A stretch of 64,000 nt of DNA from Candidatus Woesearchaeota archaeon (GCA_017608625.1 JAFCFN010000003.1:3068-67067), one strand, 5' to 3'; positions 50,679-59,639 are shown, counted from the stretch's first letter. Program-made: numbers and translations. Notes: generated by a model not told the origin, from the letters alone.

Positions 50679-50908
50679 ATAATAAACATAGAAGTAACAA
50701 ACCGTGTCGTTACAACAGATCTAAAACATAAACTTCTTTAGAGAAAATAGCCTCTACACTGCATCATACAAAATATAACTCTGTACAATTTTCAGGCAAC
50801 TATATAAAGTAAATTTCTGTTGTTTTCAAATGGAAAAACAGTTTGTACCGGGACAAAAGTAAAGAAGAAAAGGATATTTGTGTTGAAAAATTAGTCAAAG
50901 TTATTTAA
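50679..50908 (+). pseudogene. tbp: Frameshifted TATA-binding protein (TBP) remnant
   Basis: Fragments across frames: INIEVTNRVVTTDLKHKL / LEKIASTLHHTKYNSVQFSG / FLLFSNGKTVCTGT / KSKEEKDICVEKLVKVI, collinear with one TBP repeat. Confidence 0.75.
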
Positions 50909-50998
50909 ATAAAATACAGAAAAAGGGTTAAAGAAAAAGAAAAATAGATTTCCTATAAAAATCGCTACCTTTATAAATCCCCAATTTCTCCTACTTTA

Positions 50999-51388
50999 TG
51001 TGGGGCACATACTTAACTTTCGCAGCTTTAGTTGTGAGGAAAGTCCGCCCACCATTGCGAAAGTTGCGTGATCATGCCGCAACTTGAGCTTAAAGGCCAC
51101 TTGTGAAAGCAAGTTGCAGAAATGCAAGGCAACGGCACAGACATGACACGGCCTTCAAAGTTGAGATGATATGGCGAATCAGCTGAGCAATTGGCTGAGA
51201 GCTAACCTATTGATGTCTTTGAAGGATGCGGTTAAACAGCCAGTCCTGGCCGGTGCAAGTTAAGTGAGCAAAGCTCACGATTACGCTTAGTAGAATGTTA
51301 AGGCAGTCTATTGTTGCCAAGCCATAAATCTGCAAGGCAGATTTATGGCTAAACAAGACTGACAAAAGGCGGCTTATTTTGCCCCACA
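50999..51388 (+). ncRNA. rnpB: RNase P RNA
   Basis: GAGGAAAGTCC and GGCGGCTTA conserved regions; P1 TGTGGGGCA/TGCCCCACA; TTTATAAA promoter upstream; GC-rich island. Confidence 0.92.
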
Positions 51389-51411
51389 CATTTTCACTTT
51401 GAGGATTAAAA

Positions 51412-51576
51412 ATGGCTAATGAAAAAATAAGAATGCCTTCTGGAATGGGAGGATTAGTAAGATATTTTGATGAATACAAAAGCAAAATAGAGTTCAAGCC
51501 AGGACTAATAGTCCTATTTGTAATTATTGTAATAATTATTGAGATAATTCTTCATACAAGTATTATTCTAGGTTAA
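51412..51576 (+). CDS. secG: Preprotein translocase Sec61-beta (not in ORF track)
   Basis: MPSGMGGLVRYFDEYKSKIEFKP plus one TM helix. Confidence 0.9.
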   Translation: MANEKIRMPSGMGGLVRYFDEYKSKIEFKPGLIVLFVIIVIIIEIILHTSIILG

Positions 51577-51577
51577 A

Positions 51578-51907
51578 ATGTTTGGCATCAATCCCAGGAA
51601 AGCCACTCAATTAATGAAGCAGATGGGTATAAAACAAGAAGAGATAGCTGCTTCTGAAGTGATCATAAAAACAGAAGACAAAGAATTGATAATTAAGAAC
51701 CCTTTTGTAGCAAAAATAGAAATAGCAGGTCAAATATCTTTTCAGGTTTCTGGTAAAGTAGAAGAAAAAGAACTTAAAGCAGAGATTAGTGAAGATGACA
51801 TAAAAACAGTAATAGAGCAAACTAATTGTACAGAAGAAGAAGCAAGAAAAGCGTTAGAAGAATCTGAAGGCGATTTAGCTAAGGCTATTCTGACTATAAA
51901 GAATTAA
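51578..51907 (+). CDS. nac: Nascent polypeptide-associated complex protein
   Basis: NPRK...MKQMGI, C-terminal UBA EDDIKTV.EQ...GDLAKAI. Confidence 0.95.
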   Translation: MFGINPRKATQLMKQMGIKQEEIAASEVIIKTEDKELIIKNPFVAKIEIAGQISFQVSGKVEEKELKAEISEDDIKTVIEQTNCTEEEARKALEESEGDLAKAILTIKN

Positions 51908-51958
51908 TAAGCTAAAAATAACGAAAACTATTAAAACTTCCCTACCTTACTTTTTCTT

Positions 51959-52444
51959 ATGGAAGAGTTTCAGATCTTAAGAGAAAAAGCCAAAAACAGA
52001 CTACAAATAGCAGACCACATGTTAACTATGACATATCCGTTGGTTAAAGATACAAAATTGCTTTTGGTTATTATGGAAAATATCTTCTTGGCTTTAACAT
52101 ATGCCATGAGTTCCATACTTTACTATGAACGATTATTCAAAAGAATCCCAGCATTTACTGATAACTTCGAATCAAAATTTAATCTCTTCAAAGAAAGATG
52201 CGTCAATAAATATAGCATAGACAAACAATATTTAACACTTTTACAGAACGTCAAAAATATTATGGTCGAGCATAAGAAAAGTCCAATGGAATTTGAAAGA
52301 AAAGGCAAATTTGTTATTTGTTCAAATTCATATAGATTAAGAACAATATCAATCAGTCAAATTAAAGAGTATATTACAAAAACAAAGGAGTTTGTACAAC
52401 TCTCTGCAAATATAGTTAGTAAAAATGAAGAGATATTTAGATGA
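51959..52444 (+). CDS. Conserved helical hypothetical protein
   Basis: A...LQIADHML..TY motif shared with the next ORF. Confidence 0.75.
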   Translation: MEEFQILREKAKNRLQIADHMLTMTYPLVKDTKLLLVIMENIFLALTYAMSSILYYERLFKRIPAFTDNFESKFNLFKERCVNKYSIDKQYLTLLQNVKNIMVEHKKSPMEFERKGKFVICSNSYRLRTISISQIKEYITKTKEFVQLSANIVSKNEEIFR

Positions 52445-52880
52445 AGCAAAAGAAGAACTAAAAAGAGCAGACCACTTATTATATGTCAGTCTAAAATATA
52501 CAAGAACAGTTGATGTTATAAGAAGTGTTATCCAAAGATTAATTACAACATACGATGCAGTGATAAATGCCTTATTAGAATATGCTTTGAAAAAAAAGAA
52601 AATAAAAACACTCCCAACAGCACCTGCTATGAAAGCAGATGTCTTGAAAAATGTGTTCAAAAATGATGAAAAAATTGTTGATAACCTAAACTTTTATCTT
52701 TTACTAAGAAAGATAATAAAAGCAAAAACAACAAAAAGAGAAGAATATAGAAGACATGTTACAATGACAGCTCACATAACTCCTACCCAGGTAGTTGAGG
52801 TTAATACAGATATTTTAAAAGAACACTATTTTAAAACAAAAGATTTTTTAGAATATGTTAAGGAAGAAGTAATAAAGTAG
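52425..52880 (+). CDS. Conserved helical hypothetical protein, paralogue of the previous ORF
   Basis: A...LKRADHLL..SL; REEYRRHVTM. Confidence 0.75.
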   Translation: MKRYLDEAKEELKRADHLLYVSLKYTRTVDVIRSVIQRLITTYDAVINALLEYALKKKKIKTLPTAPAMKADVLKNVFKNDEKIVDNLNFYLLLRKIIKAKTTKREEYRRHVTMTAHITPTQVVEVNTDILKEHYFKTKDFLEYVKEEVIK

Positions 52881-52917
52881 AAAGGCATTTAAATAAGAGC
52901 ACTTTATTTAAATTCAA

Positions 52918-53409
52918 ATGAATAAGGAAAGATTAATCAAAAAATTAAAATCAAAAGGATGGAGTAATGAAGATATAAACAAGGCTTTTAAAATAATGGA
53001 GAGATCTGATAGAACAGAAACAAAACCATTTATGAACAGGGTTGTTTATTGGACAGCACTCATTGTAACTGTAATAGGCAATCTTTTTGTGTCAGTTATT
53101 CTTATTCTTTTCCTTATTGCTCTGAACAAATTAGCACTTTATGCAATTATTGCAACTATTGCTCTAACATTTGGTTTATTATTTAATTTAATAATTAATG
53201 ATATAGAAAACATAGACCCTAAACATCATGTAATAGCAAGCATTTTTATTCCAGCAATAGCATTAATAAATATATATGTTATAACAATTCTGACAAATGA
53301 TGTACAGCTTACCTTACAAATACAAAACCCACATTCACCAATCTTAGTCAGTATTGTTTATGTTGTTGCATTCATGTTGCCTTATATTGTTAATAATTAC
53401 ACAAAATAA
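52918..53409 (+). CDS. Four-TM membrane hypothetical protein
   Basis: L..KGWS..DI N-terminal motif and four hydrophobic helices. Confidence 0.75.
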   Translation: MNKERLIKKLKSKGWSNEDINKAFKIMERSDRTETKPFMNRVVYWTALIVTVIGNLFVSVILILFLIALNKLALYAIIATIALTFGLLFNLIINDIENIDPKHHVIASIFIPAIALINIYVITILTNDVQLTLQIQNPHSPILVSIVYVVAFMLPYIVNNYTK

Positions 53410-53458
53410 AGACAAAACTTTATAAATTATGTACTCTTTTTTTCTTTTTAATTTATAT

Positions 53459-53531
53459 GGCGGTAGTCGTATAATGGTTATTATGCAGGCCTGTGGAGCC
53501 TGAGAAGCGAGTTCGATTCTCGCCTACCGCC
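53459..53531 (+). tRNA. tRNA-His(GTG), G-1 encoded
   Basis: G+GCGGTAG/CTACCGC+C; CAGGC-CTGTGGA-GCCTG; TTCGATT loop. Confidence 0.95.
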
Positions 53532-53585
53532 TTGAACATTAATTTTCGTAAGCTTTATAAAGGACCATTTTTTAAGCCATAATAG

Positions 53586-53630
53586 CCCGAGTGAATAGCG
53601 TTTTAGGGCTCTTGTAAAAGAGTTCTCGGG
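53586..53630 (+). promoter_or_regulatory. Hairpin leader upstream of the rps13 operon
   Basis: CCCGAG...CTCGGG stem enclosing CTCTT-GTAA-AAGAG; TTTATAAA box at ~53554. Confidence 0.45.
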
Positions 53631-53638
53631 TCTTTAAG

Positions 53639-54181
53639 GTGGTTAATTTGGAAGAAAAAAGCAAGAATTTCCGACATGTCAGAAATGAAATTTCTGAGCA
53701 TGATCAGAAATCGCGAAGCGATTTCCGACATTTTGTAAGAATCTTGAACACAGACTTAGAAGGAGCTAAAACACTACAAAACTCTTTAAGAAAAATAAAA
53801 GGAGTTAGTTTTATGTTTGCTAATGCAGTTTGTTATTTGGCAGGCATAGACAAAAATAAACTTACTGGAGAACTAAATGATGACGAAGTAAAGAAGTTGG
53901 AAGAGGTAATTAAAAATCCATCTAAATTTGGTATGCCTATATGGATGTTAAACAGAAGAAAGGATTATGAAACAGGAGAAAACAAACACCTGTTAGTATC
54001 AGACCTTGACTTTACAAAAGAGAATGATATCAAAAGACTGAAAAAAATAAAAGCATATAGAGGAGTTAGACATATGTTTGGGTTGCCGGTAAGAGGACAA
54101 AGAACAAGATCAAACTTTAGACCAAATAAAGGAAAAGCACGTCTTGGAGTTAAAAAACCAAAGAGAAGAGGTAAAGTATAA
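53639..54181 (+). CDS. rps13: 30S ribosomal protein S13 carrying an 18-aa insertion
   Basis: VRILNTDL, IKGV, WMLNRRKD, RH..GLPVRGQRTRSN. Confidence 0.95.
   Translation: MVNLEEKSKNFRHVRNEISEHDQKSRSDFRHFVRILNTDLEGAKTLQNSLRKIKGVSFMFANAVCYLAGIDKNKLTGELNDDEVKKLEEVIKNPSKFGMPIWMLNRRKDYETGENKHLLVSDLDFTKENDIKRLKKIKAYRGVRHMFGLPVRGQRTRSNFRPNKGKARLGVKKPKRRGKV
53667..53731. mobile_element. 54-nt in-frame palindromic insertion bounded by an 11-bp direct repeat (ATTTCCGACAT)
   Basis: Repeat copies at 53667-53677 and 53721-53731; interior built of ATTTCYGA/TCAGAAAT inverted units. Confidence 0.65.
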
Positions 54182-54183
54182 GA

Positions 54184-54852
54184 ATGGGAGATCCTAAAAG
54201 AAGAAGGAAAACATACACGACACCACCTATTTTATGGAATAAAGAACGGATGGAAGAGGAAAGAAAGCTTTTGCAAGAGTATGGACTCAAAAATAAAAAA
54301 GAGCTTTGGAAGATGAACTCTTTACTAAGCTCATTTGCACAACAAGCAAAAAAATTAATTGCAGCAACAACTCCTCAATCAGAGCTAGAAAAAAAGCAGT
54401 TATTGACTAGACTCTCCTCACTCGGACTTATACCATCTGCAACCAATATAGATGATGCTTTAGCTCTTGATATAAGAAAAATCTTAGAAAGAAGATTGCA
54501 AACTCTAGTTTTCAAAAAAGGTCTAGCAAGAACACCCAAACAAGCAAGACAGTTCATAACACATGGTCATATTGCTATTGGCAATAAAAAAATCACTGTA
54601 CCATCTTATTTAGTGCCTAAATCTGAAGAAGATCAAATATCCTTTATCTATGCATCACCTCTTACAAGCTTAGAGCATCCAGAAAGGATCCAAAAGAAAC
54701 AAAAAGTCAAAGAAGAGAAATCTGTCAAAGAAGAAAAGAAAGAACCGAAAGAGAAAAAGGAAGCAAAATCACAAAAATCAAAAACCTCAACTAAAGAGGA
54801 AAAAACTGAAAAAAAAGAAGAGCAAGAAAAAAAGAAATCTAAAGAAAAATGA
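54184..54852 (+). CDS. rps4: 30S ribosomal protein S4 with Lys/Glu-rich tail
   Basis: [32 protein letters not shown]. Confidence 0.96.
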   Translation: MGDPKRRRKTYTTPPILWNKERMEEERKLLQEYGLKNKKELWKMNSLLSSFAQQAKKLIAATTPQSELEKKQLLTRLSSLGLIPSATNIDDALALDIRKILERRLQTLVFKKGLARTPKQARQFITHGHIAIGNKKITVPSYLVPKSEEDQISFIYASPLTSLEHPERIQKKQKVKEEKSVKEEKKEPKEKKEAKSQKSKTSTKEEKTEKKEEQEKKKSKEK

Positions 54853-55256
54853 AAAAACAAAAACAATTTGCAACTAGATGGGGAATAGCACACATATATT
54901 CTAGTTACAACAATACAATTATTCATGTTACAGATATAACTGGTACTGAAACTATATCAAGAGTTTCTGGAGGACAGGTTGTTAAAGCTGATAGATTAGA
55001 AAGCTCACCAACAGCTGCTATAATGGCAGCAAAAAAGGTAGCTGAAGAGATAATGGAAAAAGGCATAACAGGAATACACGTGAAAATAAGAGCACCAGGA
55101 GGTCACAATGGACCTAGCTCTCCTGGACCAGGAGCACAGGCTGCTATAAGGGCACTGTCCAGAACAGGCTTAAAAATAGGAATTATAGAAGATGTAACCC
55201 CTGTTCCTCACGATGGTTGTAGGAAAAAAGGAGGGAAAAGAGGAAGGAGGGTATGA
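54849..55256 (+). CDS. rps11: 30S ribosomal protein S11
   Basis: [33 protein letters not shown]. Confidence 0.96.
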   Translation: MKKQKQFATRWGIAHIYSSYNNTIIHVTDITGTETISRVSGGQVVKADRLESSPTAAIMAAKKVAEEIMEKGITGIHVKIRAPGGHNGPSSPGPGAQAAIRALSRTGLKIGIIEDVTPVPHDGCRKKGGKRGRRV

Positions 55257-56047
55257 TGGAAATCAAAATTTTAGAATCAGATCCTAAGAATAACAAAATC
55301 TCATTTTTATTATCAAAAACCACAACCTCTTTTGCAAATGCAATAAGAAGAACAGTAATGGAAGAAGTGCCTGTGATGGCAATAGAGGATGTTGAATTCA
55401 AACAAAACAGCTCTATTTTGTATGATGAGATTATTGCTCATAGACTTGGTTTAATACCATTAAAAACAGACCTTAAATCATACAATTTGCCATCCAAATG
55501 TAAATGTAAAGGGGCAGGTTGTGCCAGATGTCAACTAAAACTCACTCTTAAATCAAAAGGAGAGATGGTTTATGCATCTGATCTTGTAAGTAAAGATCCA
55601 AAAATTAAACCTGTTTATCCTAATACTCCTATAGTTAAATTACTAAAAGGACAAAAGCTAGAGCTGGAAGCCATAGCTTGTTTAGGCCAGGGAAAAGAAC
55701 ACGCTAAATGGAGCCCTGGTTTAATTTTTTATAAATACAAACCAACTATTGAAATTGGAAAAAACGTTAAGGATGCTGAAGCTGTTGTTAAATCATGTCC
55801 TGTTCATGTTTTCGAGATTAAAGGAAATAAATTATCAGTTAATGATGAGAATCTATTAAAGTGTCACTTATGCAGAAATTGTGTTGATACAGATCCTGCA
55901 ATAAAACTGATAGAATCAGAGAATGATCTTATCTTTTACCTGGAAAGTTGGGGACAACTTTCATGCAAAGAAATACTTACAACAGCAGCTGATATATTAC
56001 AAGAAAAATTAAATGAGTTCAATACAAAACTCAAAGAGCTCAAATAA
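55253..56047 (+). CDS. rpoD: RNA polymerase subunit Rpo3 (D)
   Basis: [22 protein letters not shown]; Fe-S-type Cys motifs. Confidence 0.95.
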   Translation: MMEIKILESDPKNNKISFLLSKTTTSFANAIRRTVMEEVPVMAIEDVEFKQNSSILYDEIIAHRLGLIPLKTDLKSYNLPSKCKCKGAGCARCQLKLTLKSKGEMVYASDLVSKDPKIKPVYPNTPIVKLLKGQKLELEAIACLGQGKEHAKWSPGLIFYKYKPTIEIGKNVKDAEAVVKSCPVHVFEIKGNKLSVNDENLLKCHLCRNCVDTDPAIKLIESENDLIFYLESWGQLSCKEILTTAADILQEKLNEFNTKLKELK

Positions 56048-56068
56048 GACATCCTCGTCAAATTGAAT

Positions 56069-56154
56069 GCGAGGGTGTCAGAGTCTGGTCAAATGACTAC
56101 GGTTGAGGGCCGTAGGCCTTAGTGGCTGCGCGGGTTCGAATCCCGTCCCTCGCA
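56069..56154 (+). tRNA. tRNA-Leu(GAG), intronless
   Basis: GCGAGGG/CCCTCGC; TACGG-TTGAGGG-CCGTA; long variable arm; GGTTCGAATCC. Confidence 0.93.
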
Positions 56155-56174
56155 TAATGATCATTGAGGTTTAA

Positions 56175-56537
56175 ATGGTGAAAAGAACAGGTCCAACAAA
56201 TCCAAATTTAAAGGAATTGATCCAAGAACTGAAGAAATTAGCTAGTCAGCAGAATATAAAACTATGGAAAAGAATTGCTTTAGATTTAGAGAAACCAACA
56301 AGACAAAGAAGAGTTGTAAATATTTCAAGGATTAATAGGTACACTAAAAAGGATGAAAATGTTGTTATTCCGGGGAAAGTTCTTGGTTCAGGAGTGTTGG
56401 ATCATCCTGTAACAGTAGCTGCTTGGAAATTTAGTGAGCAAGCAAAGGAAAAAATAAACAAAATAGGTAAAGCAATTTATATACAGGATTTAATGAAACA
56501 GGGTATAAAAGATAAAGGAGTTAGAATAATAGGATGA
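56175..56537 (+). CDS. rpl18e: 50S ribosomal protein L18e
   Basis: TNP, VNISRINR, VIPGKVLGSG. Confidence 0.95.
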   Translation: MVKRTGPTNPNLKELIQELKKLASQQNIKLWKRIALDLEKPTRQRRVVNISRINRYTKKDENVVIPGKVLGSGVLDHPVTVAAWKFSEQAKEKINKIGKAIYIQDLMKQGIKDKGVRIIG

Positions 56538-56950
56538 TAATTGATGCAACTGATTTAATTTTAGGAAGAATGGCAGCTTTTGTAGCCAAAAAAGCATTAC
56601 TAGGAGAAAAAATAGACATAATAAACTGCGAAAATGCAGTAATTACAGGCAGCAAAGAATTTATCCTATCAAAATATAAACAGACAAGATCTAGAGGTGT
56701 GCCACTAAAAGGTCCTTATTATCCAAGAATGCCTGACAGGTTTGTTAGAAGAGCAATAAGAGGCATGCTAGAATATAAAAAACCTAGAGGAAGAAAAGCT
56801 TTTGAAAGAATAATGTGCTATATCAGTATACCTGAAAATTTTAAAGATAAAAAAGCAGAAACAATTGAAAAAGCAAATATTTCAAAAATTCCAAGTTTAA
56901 AATATATGAGGGTAGGAGAACTTTGCAAATTATTGGGTGCTAAGATATGA
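56534..56950 (+). CDS. rpl13: 50S ribosomal protein L13
   Basis: IIDA...LGRMA, GPYYPRMPD...RGML. Confidence 0.95.
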   Translation: MIIDATDLILGRMAAFVAKKALLGEKIDIINCENAVITGSKEFILSKYKQTRSRGVPLKGPYYPRMPDRFVRRAIRGMLEYKKPRGRKAFERIMCYISIPENFKDKKAETIEKANISKIPSLKYMRVGELCKLLGAKI

Positions 56951-57345
56951 AAATAATTCATACTTCAGGAAAAAGAAAAACAGCAATAGCTAGAGCTACA
57001 TTATACCCTGATGGAGAAGGAATAATCAAAATAAATAACAAGTTATTAGAACATTTTGAGCCAGAATTTATTAGACTAAAACTTTCAGAACCATTAATAC
57101 TGGCAGGAGAAACAGCAAAAAAGGTTAATATAAAGGTAAATGTATTTGGAGGAGGGATTAATTCACAAGTAGAAGCCTCAAGATTAGCTATAGCCAAAGC
57201 ATTAGCTAAATTTGATAAAAAACTAGAAAAGACATTTTTAGAGTATGATAGGCAACTACTAGTTGCAGATGTGAGAAGAAAAGAAACCCACAAACCTAAC
57301 AGACATGGTAAAGCAAGAGCAAAAGTAACAAAATCATATAGATAA
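56947..57345 (+). CDS. rps9: 30S ribosomal protein S9
   Basis: GKRKTAIARA, GGG, KSYR end. Confidence 0.96.
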   Translation: MKIIHTSGKRKTAIARATLYPDGEGIIKINNKLLEHFEPEFIRLKLSEPLILAGETAKKVNIKVNVFGGGINSQVEASRLAIAKALAKFDKKLEKTFLEYDRQLLVADVRRKETHKPNRHGKARAKVTKSYR

Positions 57346-57348
57346 AAA

Positions 57349-57543
57349 ATGGAACGAGAAAACAAAAGTTTAGAAAAAACTACCCAACTATTTGAGTATA
57401 TACCAAATAATTCATTACTTAGACAGGAAATTAACAAAATGATAGAATCTTTTGCAAAGTATTGTTATAATCATATGTTTGACAAATTGAAAATAAATCA
57501 GGATATAAAAAAATTTGCAAATTATTGTTTAAACAAAAGGTGA
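57349..57543 (+). CDS. Small hypothetical protein between rps9 and rpoN
   Basis: ORF fills the gap; internal repeat FAKYCYN/FANYCLN. Confidence 0.55.
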   Translation: MERENKSLEKTTQLFEYIPNNSLLRQEINKMIESFAKYCYNHMFDKLKINQDIKKFANYCLNKR

Positions 57544-57547
57544 AAAT

Positions 57548-57745
57548 ATGATAATTCCAATAAGATGCTTTAGTTGTGGAAAACCAGTTGCTCATTTATG
57601 GGAAGAGTACTGTAAAAGAGTTAAAGAAGGCGAAGAAAGAAAAAAAGTTCTTGATGATTTAGGCTTAGAAAGATATTGTTGTAGAGCATTATTTCTAGGT
57701 CATGTCGATTTAATAGATATAGCAGCAAGATTCAGAAAATTTTGA
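57548..57745 (+). CDS. rpoN: RNA polymerase subunit Rpo10 (N)
   Basis: MIIPIRCFSCGK...RYCCR. Confidence 0.97.
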   Translation: MIIPIRCFSCGKPVAHLWEEYCKRVKEGEERKKVLDDLGLERYCCRALFLGHVDLIDIAARFRKF

Positions 57746-57763
57746 AAAAATAATTTAATATTT

Positions 57764-59092
57764 ATGAGACTTAACTGTAGCCAAACTAACTTAGGAATAA
57801 AGATAAATACTAAGAATAAAAATTTTCATCTTATTTATCCGGATAAAATTTGGAAAAATTTCCCTTCTAAAGATTTTCTATTTGATAACTTAGTTTACTT
57901 ATTGACAATTTCTATGCCTTTAGTTTCAAATATTAAAAAAGTAGAGTACAATACAGCTGTACATTATTTTAAATCAGAATTTTATAAAGGAATCTTAGCA
58001 GAGATACCTTCATCAGCAGATGACTATAATGTCTCTGCAAGGAAAATAATTAATAAATTTAAATCACTTAAAATAAAATTCAAAGACAATAAAGTAAAAA
58101 AACCTAAAAAAATAAATATTGACTTGAATGAAAGAACAACAATACCGTTTTCATGCGGCAAAGATTCTCTTTTGACTTTAGCAGTTGCACATGAACTTAA
58201 TTTAGATCCTGTACTCATGTATATTAATGACACTGTTTCTCCTTCTGAAAACAAAATAAAAATCAGATATACTAAAAAAATTTCTAAGAAGTTTCATCTT
58301 ACCTATTATATTGTTAGAAACGAGTTAGAAAAACTTAATGATTTCGAATTTTGGAATAAGCCAGAAACAACATTGGGTTATTCTCATATGATACCTTCTT
58401 TTGTATTTATTTCTTTACCAATCATATACAAACATAAAACTAAATATCTCTTTCTTGGCAATGAACAAAGTTTGAATGTTTCATTTAAAACAAAGGAAGG
58501 TTTTAGGGTTTTTCCATCTCCAGATCAAACACCAAAAGGAACAATCAAATTAAATAAACTAATCCACCACATAATGCCAAAAGTTCATTTAGGATCTTTA
58601 ATAGAACCATTAACGAATCTGGCTACAATGAAAATATTACATACGAGATATAAAGAATTTGGAAAATATCAGATTTCTTGCGACTGTCTTGATGCAAGCT
58701 CCCAACCTAGATGGTGTCAGAATAATTCTATGTGTGCAGATATGTATCTGTATATGAAAGCAAATAATCTAGATCCAAGAACTGTTCAACTAACAAAAAA
58801 TATGTTCAATAAAAGATTCCTAAAACACTATGCTTTATTTAGTAAGGCGGTGGATAGATATGATAAAGCTCCTCACGCAAGAGATCAACAGTTATTTGCA
58901 TTTTATTTAGCATACAGAAATGGAGCAAAAGGTTATGCTATAGAGAAATTCAAGAAAAAGTTTCTTAAAGAAGCTCAGGAAAGGGAAGATCAACTCCATA
59001 AGAAATTCTTCAAAATTTACCCAGCTCTTACTTTAACACCAAAACTAAGAAAAGCAGTGTATTCAATCTATAAAGAAGAGCTGAATGCGTAA
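57764..59092 (+). CDS. PP-loop (HUP) nucleotide-binding enzyme, MurL/QueC-like
   Basis: FSCGKDSLL PP-loop, GNEQS, ISC...RWC...C. Confidence 0.6.
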   Translation: MRLNCSQTNLGIKINTKNKNFHLIYPDKIWKNFPSKDFLFDNLVYLLTISMPLVSNIKKVEYNTAVHYFKSEFYKGILAEIPSSADDYNVSARKIINKFKSLKIKFKDNKVKKPKKINIDLNERTTIPFSCGKDSLLTLAVAHELNLDPVLMYINDTVSPSENKIKIRYTKKISKKFHLTYYIVRNELEKLNDFEFWNKPETTLGYSHMIPSFVFISLPIIYKHKTKYLFLGNEQSLNVSFKTKEGFRVFPSPDQTPKGTIKLNKLIHHIMPKVHLGSLIEPLTNLATMKILHTRYKEFGKYQISCDCLDASSQPRWCQNNSMCADMYLYMKANNLDPRTVQLTKNMFNKRFLKHYALFSKAVDRYDKAPHARDQQLFAFYLAYRNGAKGYAIEKFKKKFLKEAQEREDQLHKKFFKIYPALTLTPKLRKAVYSIYKEELNA

Positions 59093-59125
59093 AATTTAAA
59101 TATTCTTTATTTTAATCCTATTCTT

Positions 59126-59212
59126 ATGAGCAATAAGGCTAGCAACAGAAAACTGAATGTTTGTCTAGCCAGAGCTCTGTTAGTTCTTGTAGTAGCCATT
59201 ATTGTTTTATAA
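59126..59212 (+). CDS. Putative leaderless 28-aa leader peptide rich in Leu/Val/Ile
   Basis: MSNKASNRKLNVCLARALLVLVVAIIVL*; TTTAAATA box at 59095-59102, ~24 nt before the ATG. Confidence 0.45.
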   Translation: MSNKASNRKLNVCLARALLVLVVAIIVL

Positions 59213-59217
59213 AAACT

Positions 59218-59266
59218 GGCCAGACCCTCCAAATTTTTCTTTGGTCATTATTCTGAGGGTCTGGCC
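59218..59266 (+). terminator. Perfect 12-bp GC-rich stem-loop (terminator or regulatory hairpin)
   Basis: GGCCAGACCCTC / GAGGGTCTGGCC followed by TTGTT. Confidence 0.55.
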
Positions 59267-59299
59267 TTGTTATAAACTAGTTTAAAGGAGGTTGAAAAA

Positions 59300-59542
59300 A
59301 TGGGATTGGAAAACAAGGTCATTGTTGCCGAAGAGAAATTGAATAGGCAAAAATATTTGTTCTTGTCAGAAGATGTAGTTAAAAAAGCAATAGCAATTAA
59401 AGTTTTCCCCCACAAAAACTTAATTAGATTTTATTCAAAAACAGTTAAGAATAGCACATATCTCCCAACAAATGCAATTGCAATATATTTCAAAAACAAA
59501 AAAACAGAGTATGAAATAGTTTGCAAAGAGTATATTTTATAA
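59300..59542 (+). CDS. Hypothetical protein
   Basis: Strong AGGAGGT SD before the ATG. Confidence 0.65.
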   Translation: MGLENKVIVAEEKLNRQKYLFLSEDVVKKAIAIKVFPHKNLIRFYSKTVKNSTYLPTNAIAIYFKNKKTEYEIVCKEYIL

Positions 59543-59639
59543 TAAATTTGATCATCAATATGCACGATAAAATAAACTGTAATAAATTAACTTCATATAC
59601 CAAAAATAATTTAAATACAAAATTTAATTAATCTTTAGG

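Noticed and set aside
51207..51497. 96-aa minus-strand ORF
   Set aside because: Overlaps RNase P RNA and Sec61-beta on the plus strand
54690..54852. Lys/Glu-rich low-complexity tails on S4 (also L14e, L32e, S3)
   Set aside because: Common charged extensions of archaeal ribosomal proteins, not nucleotide repeats
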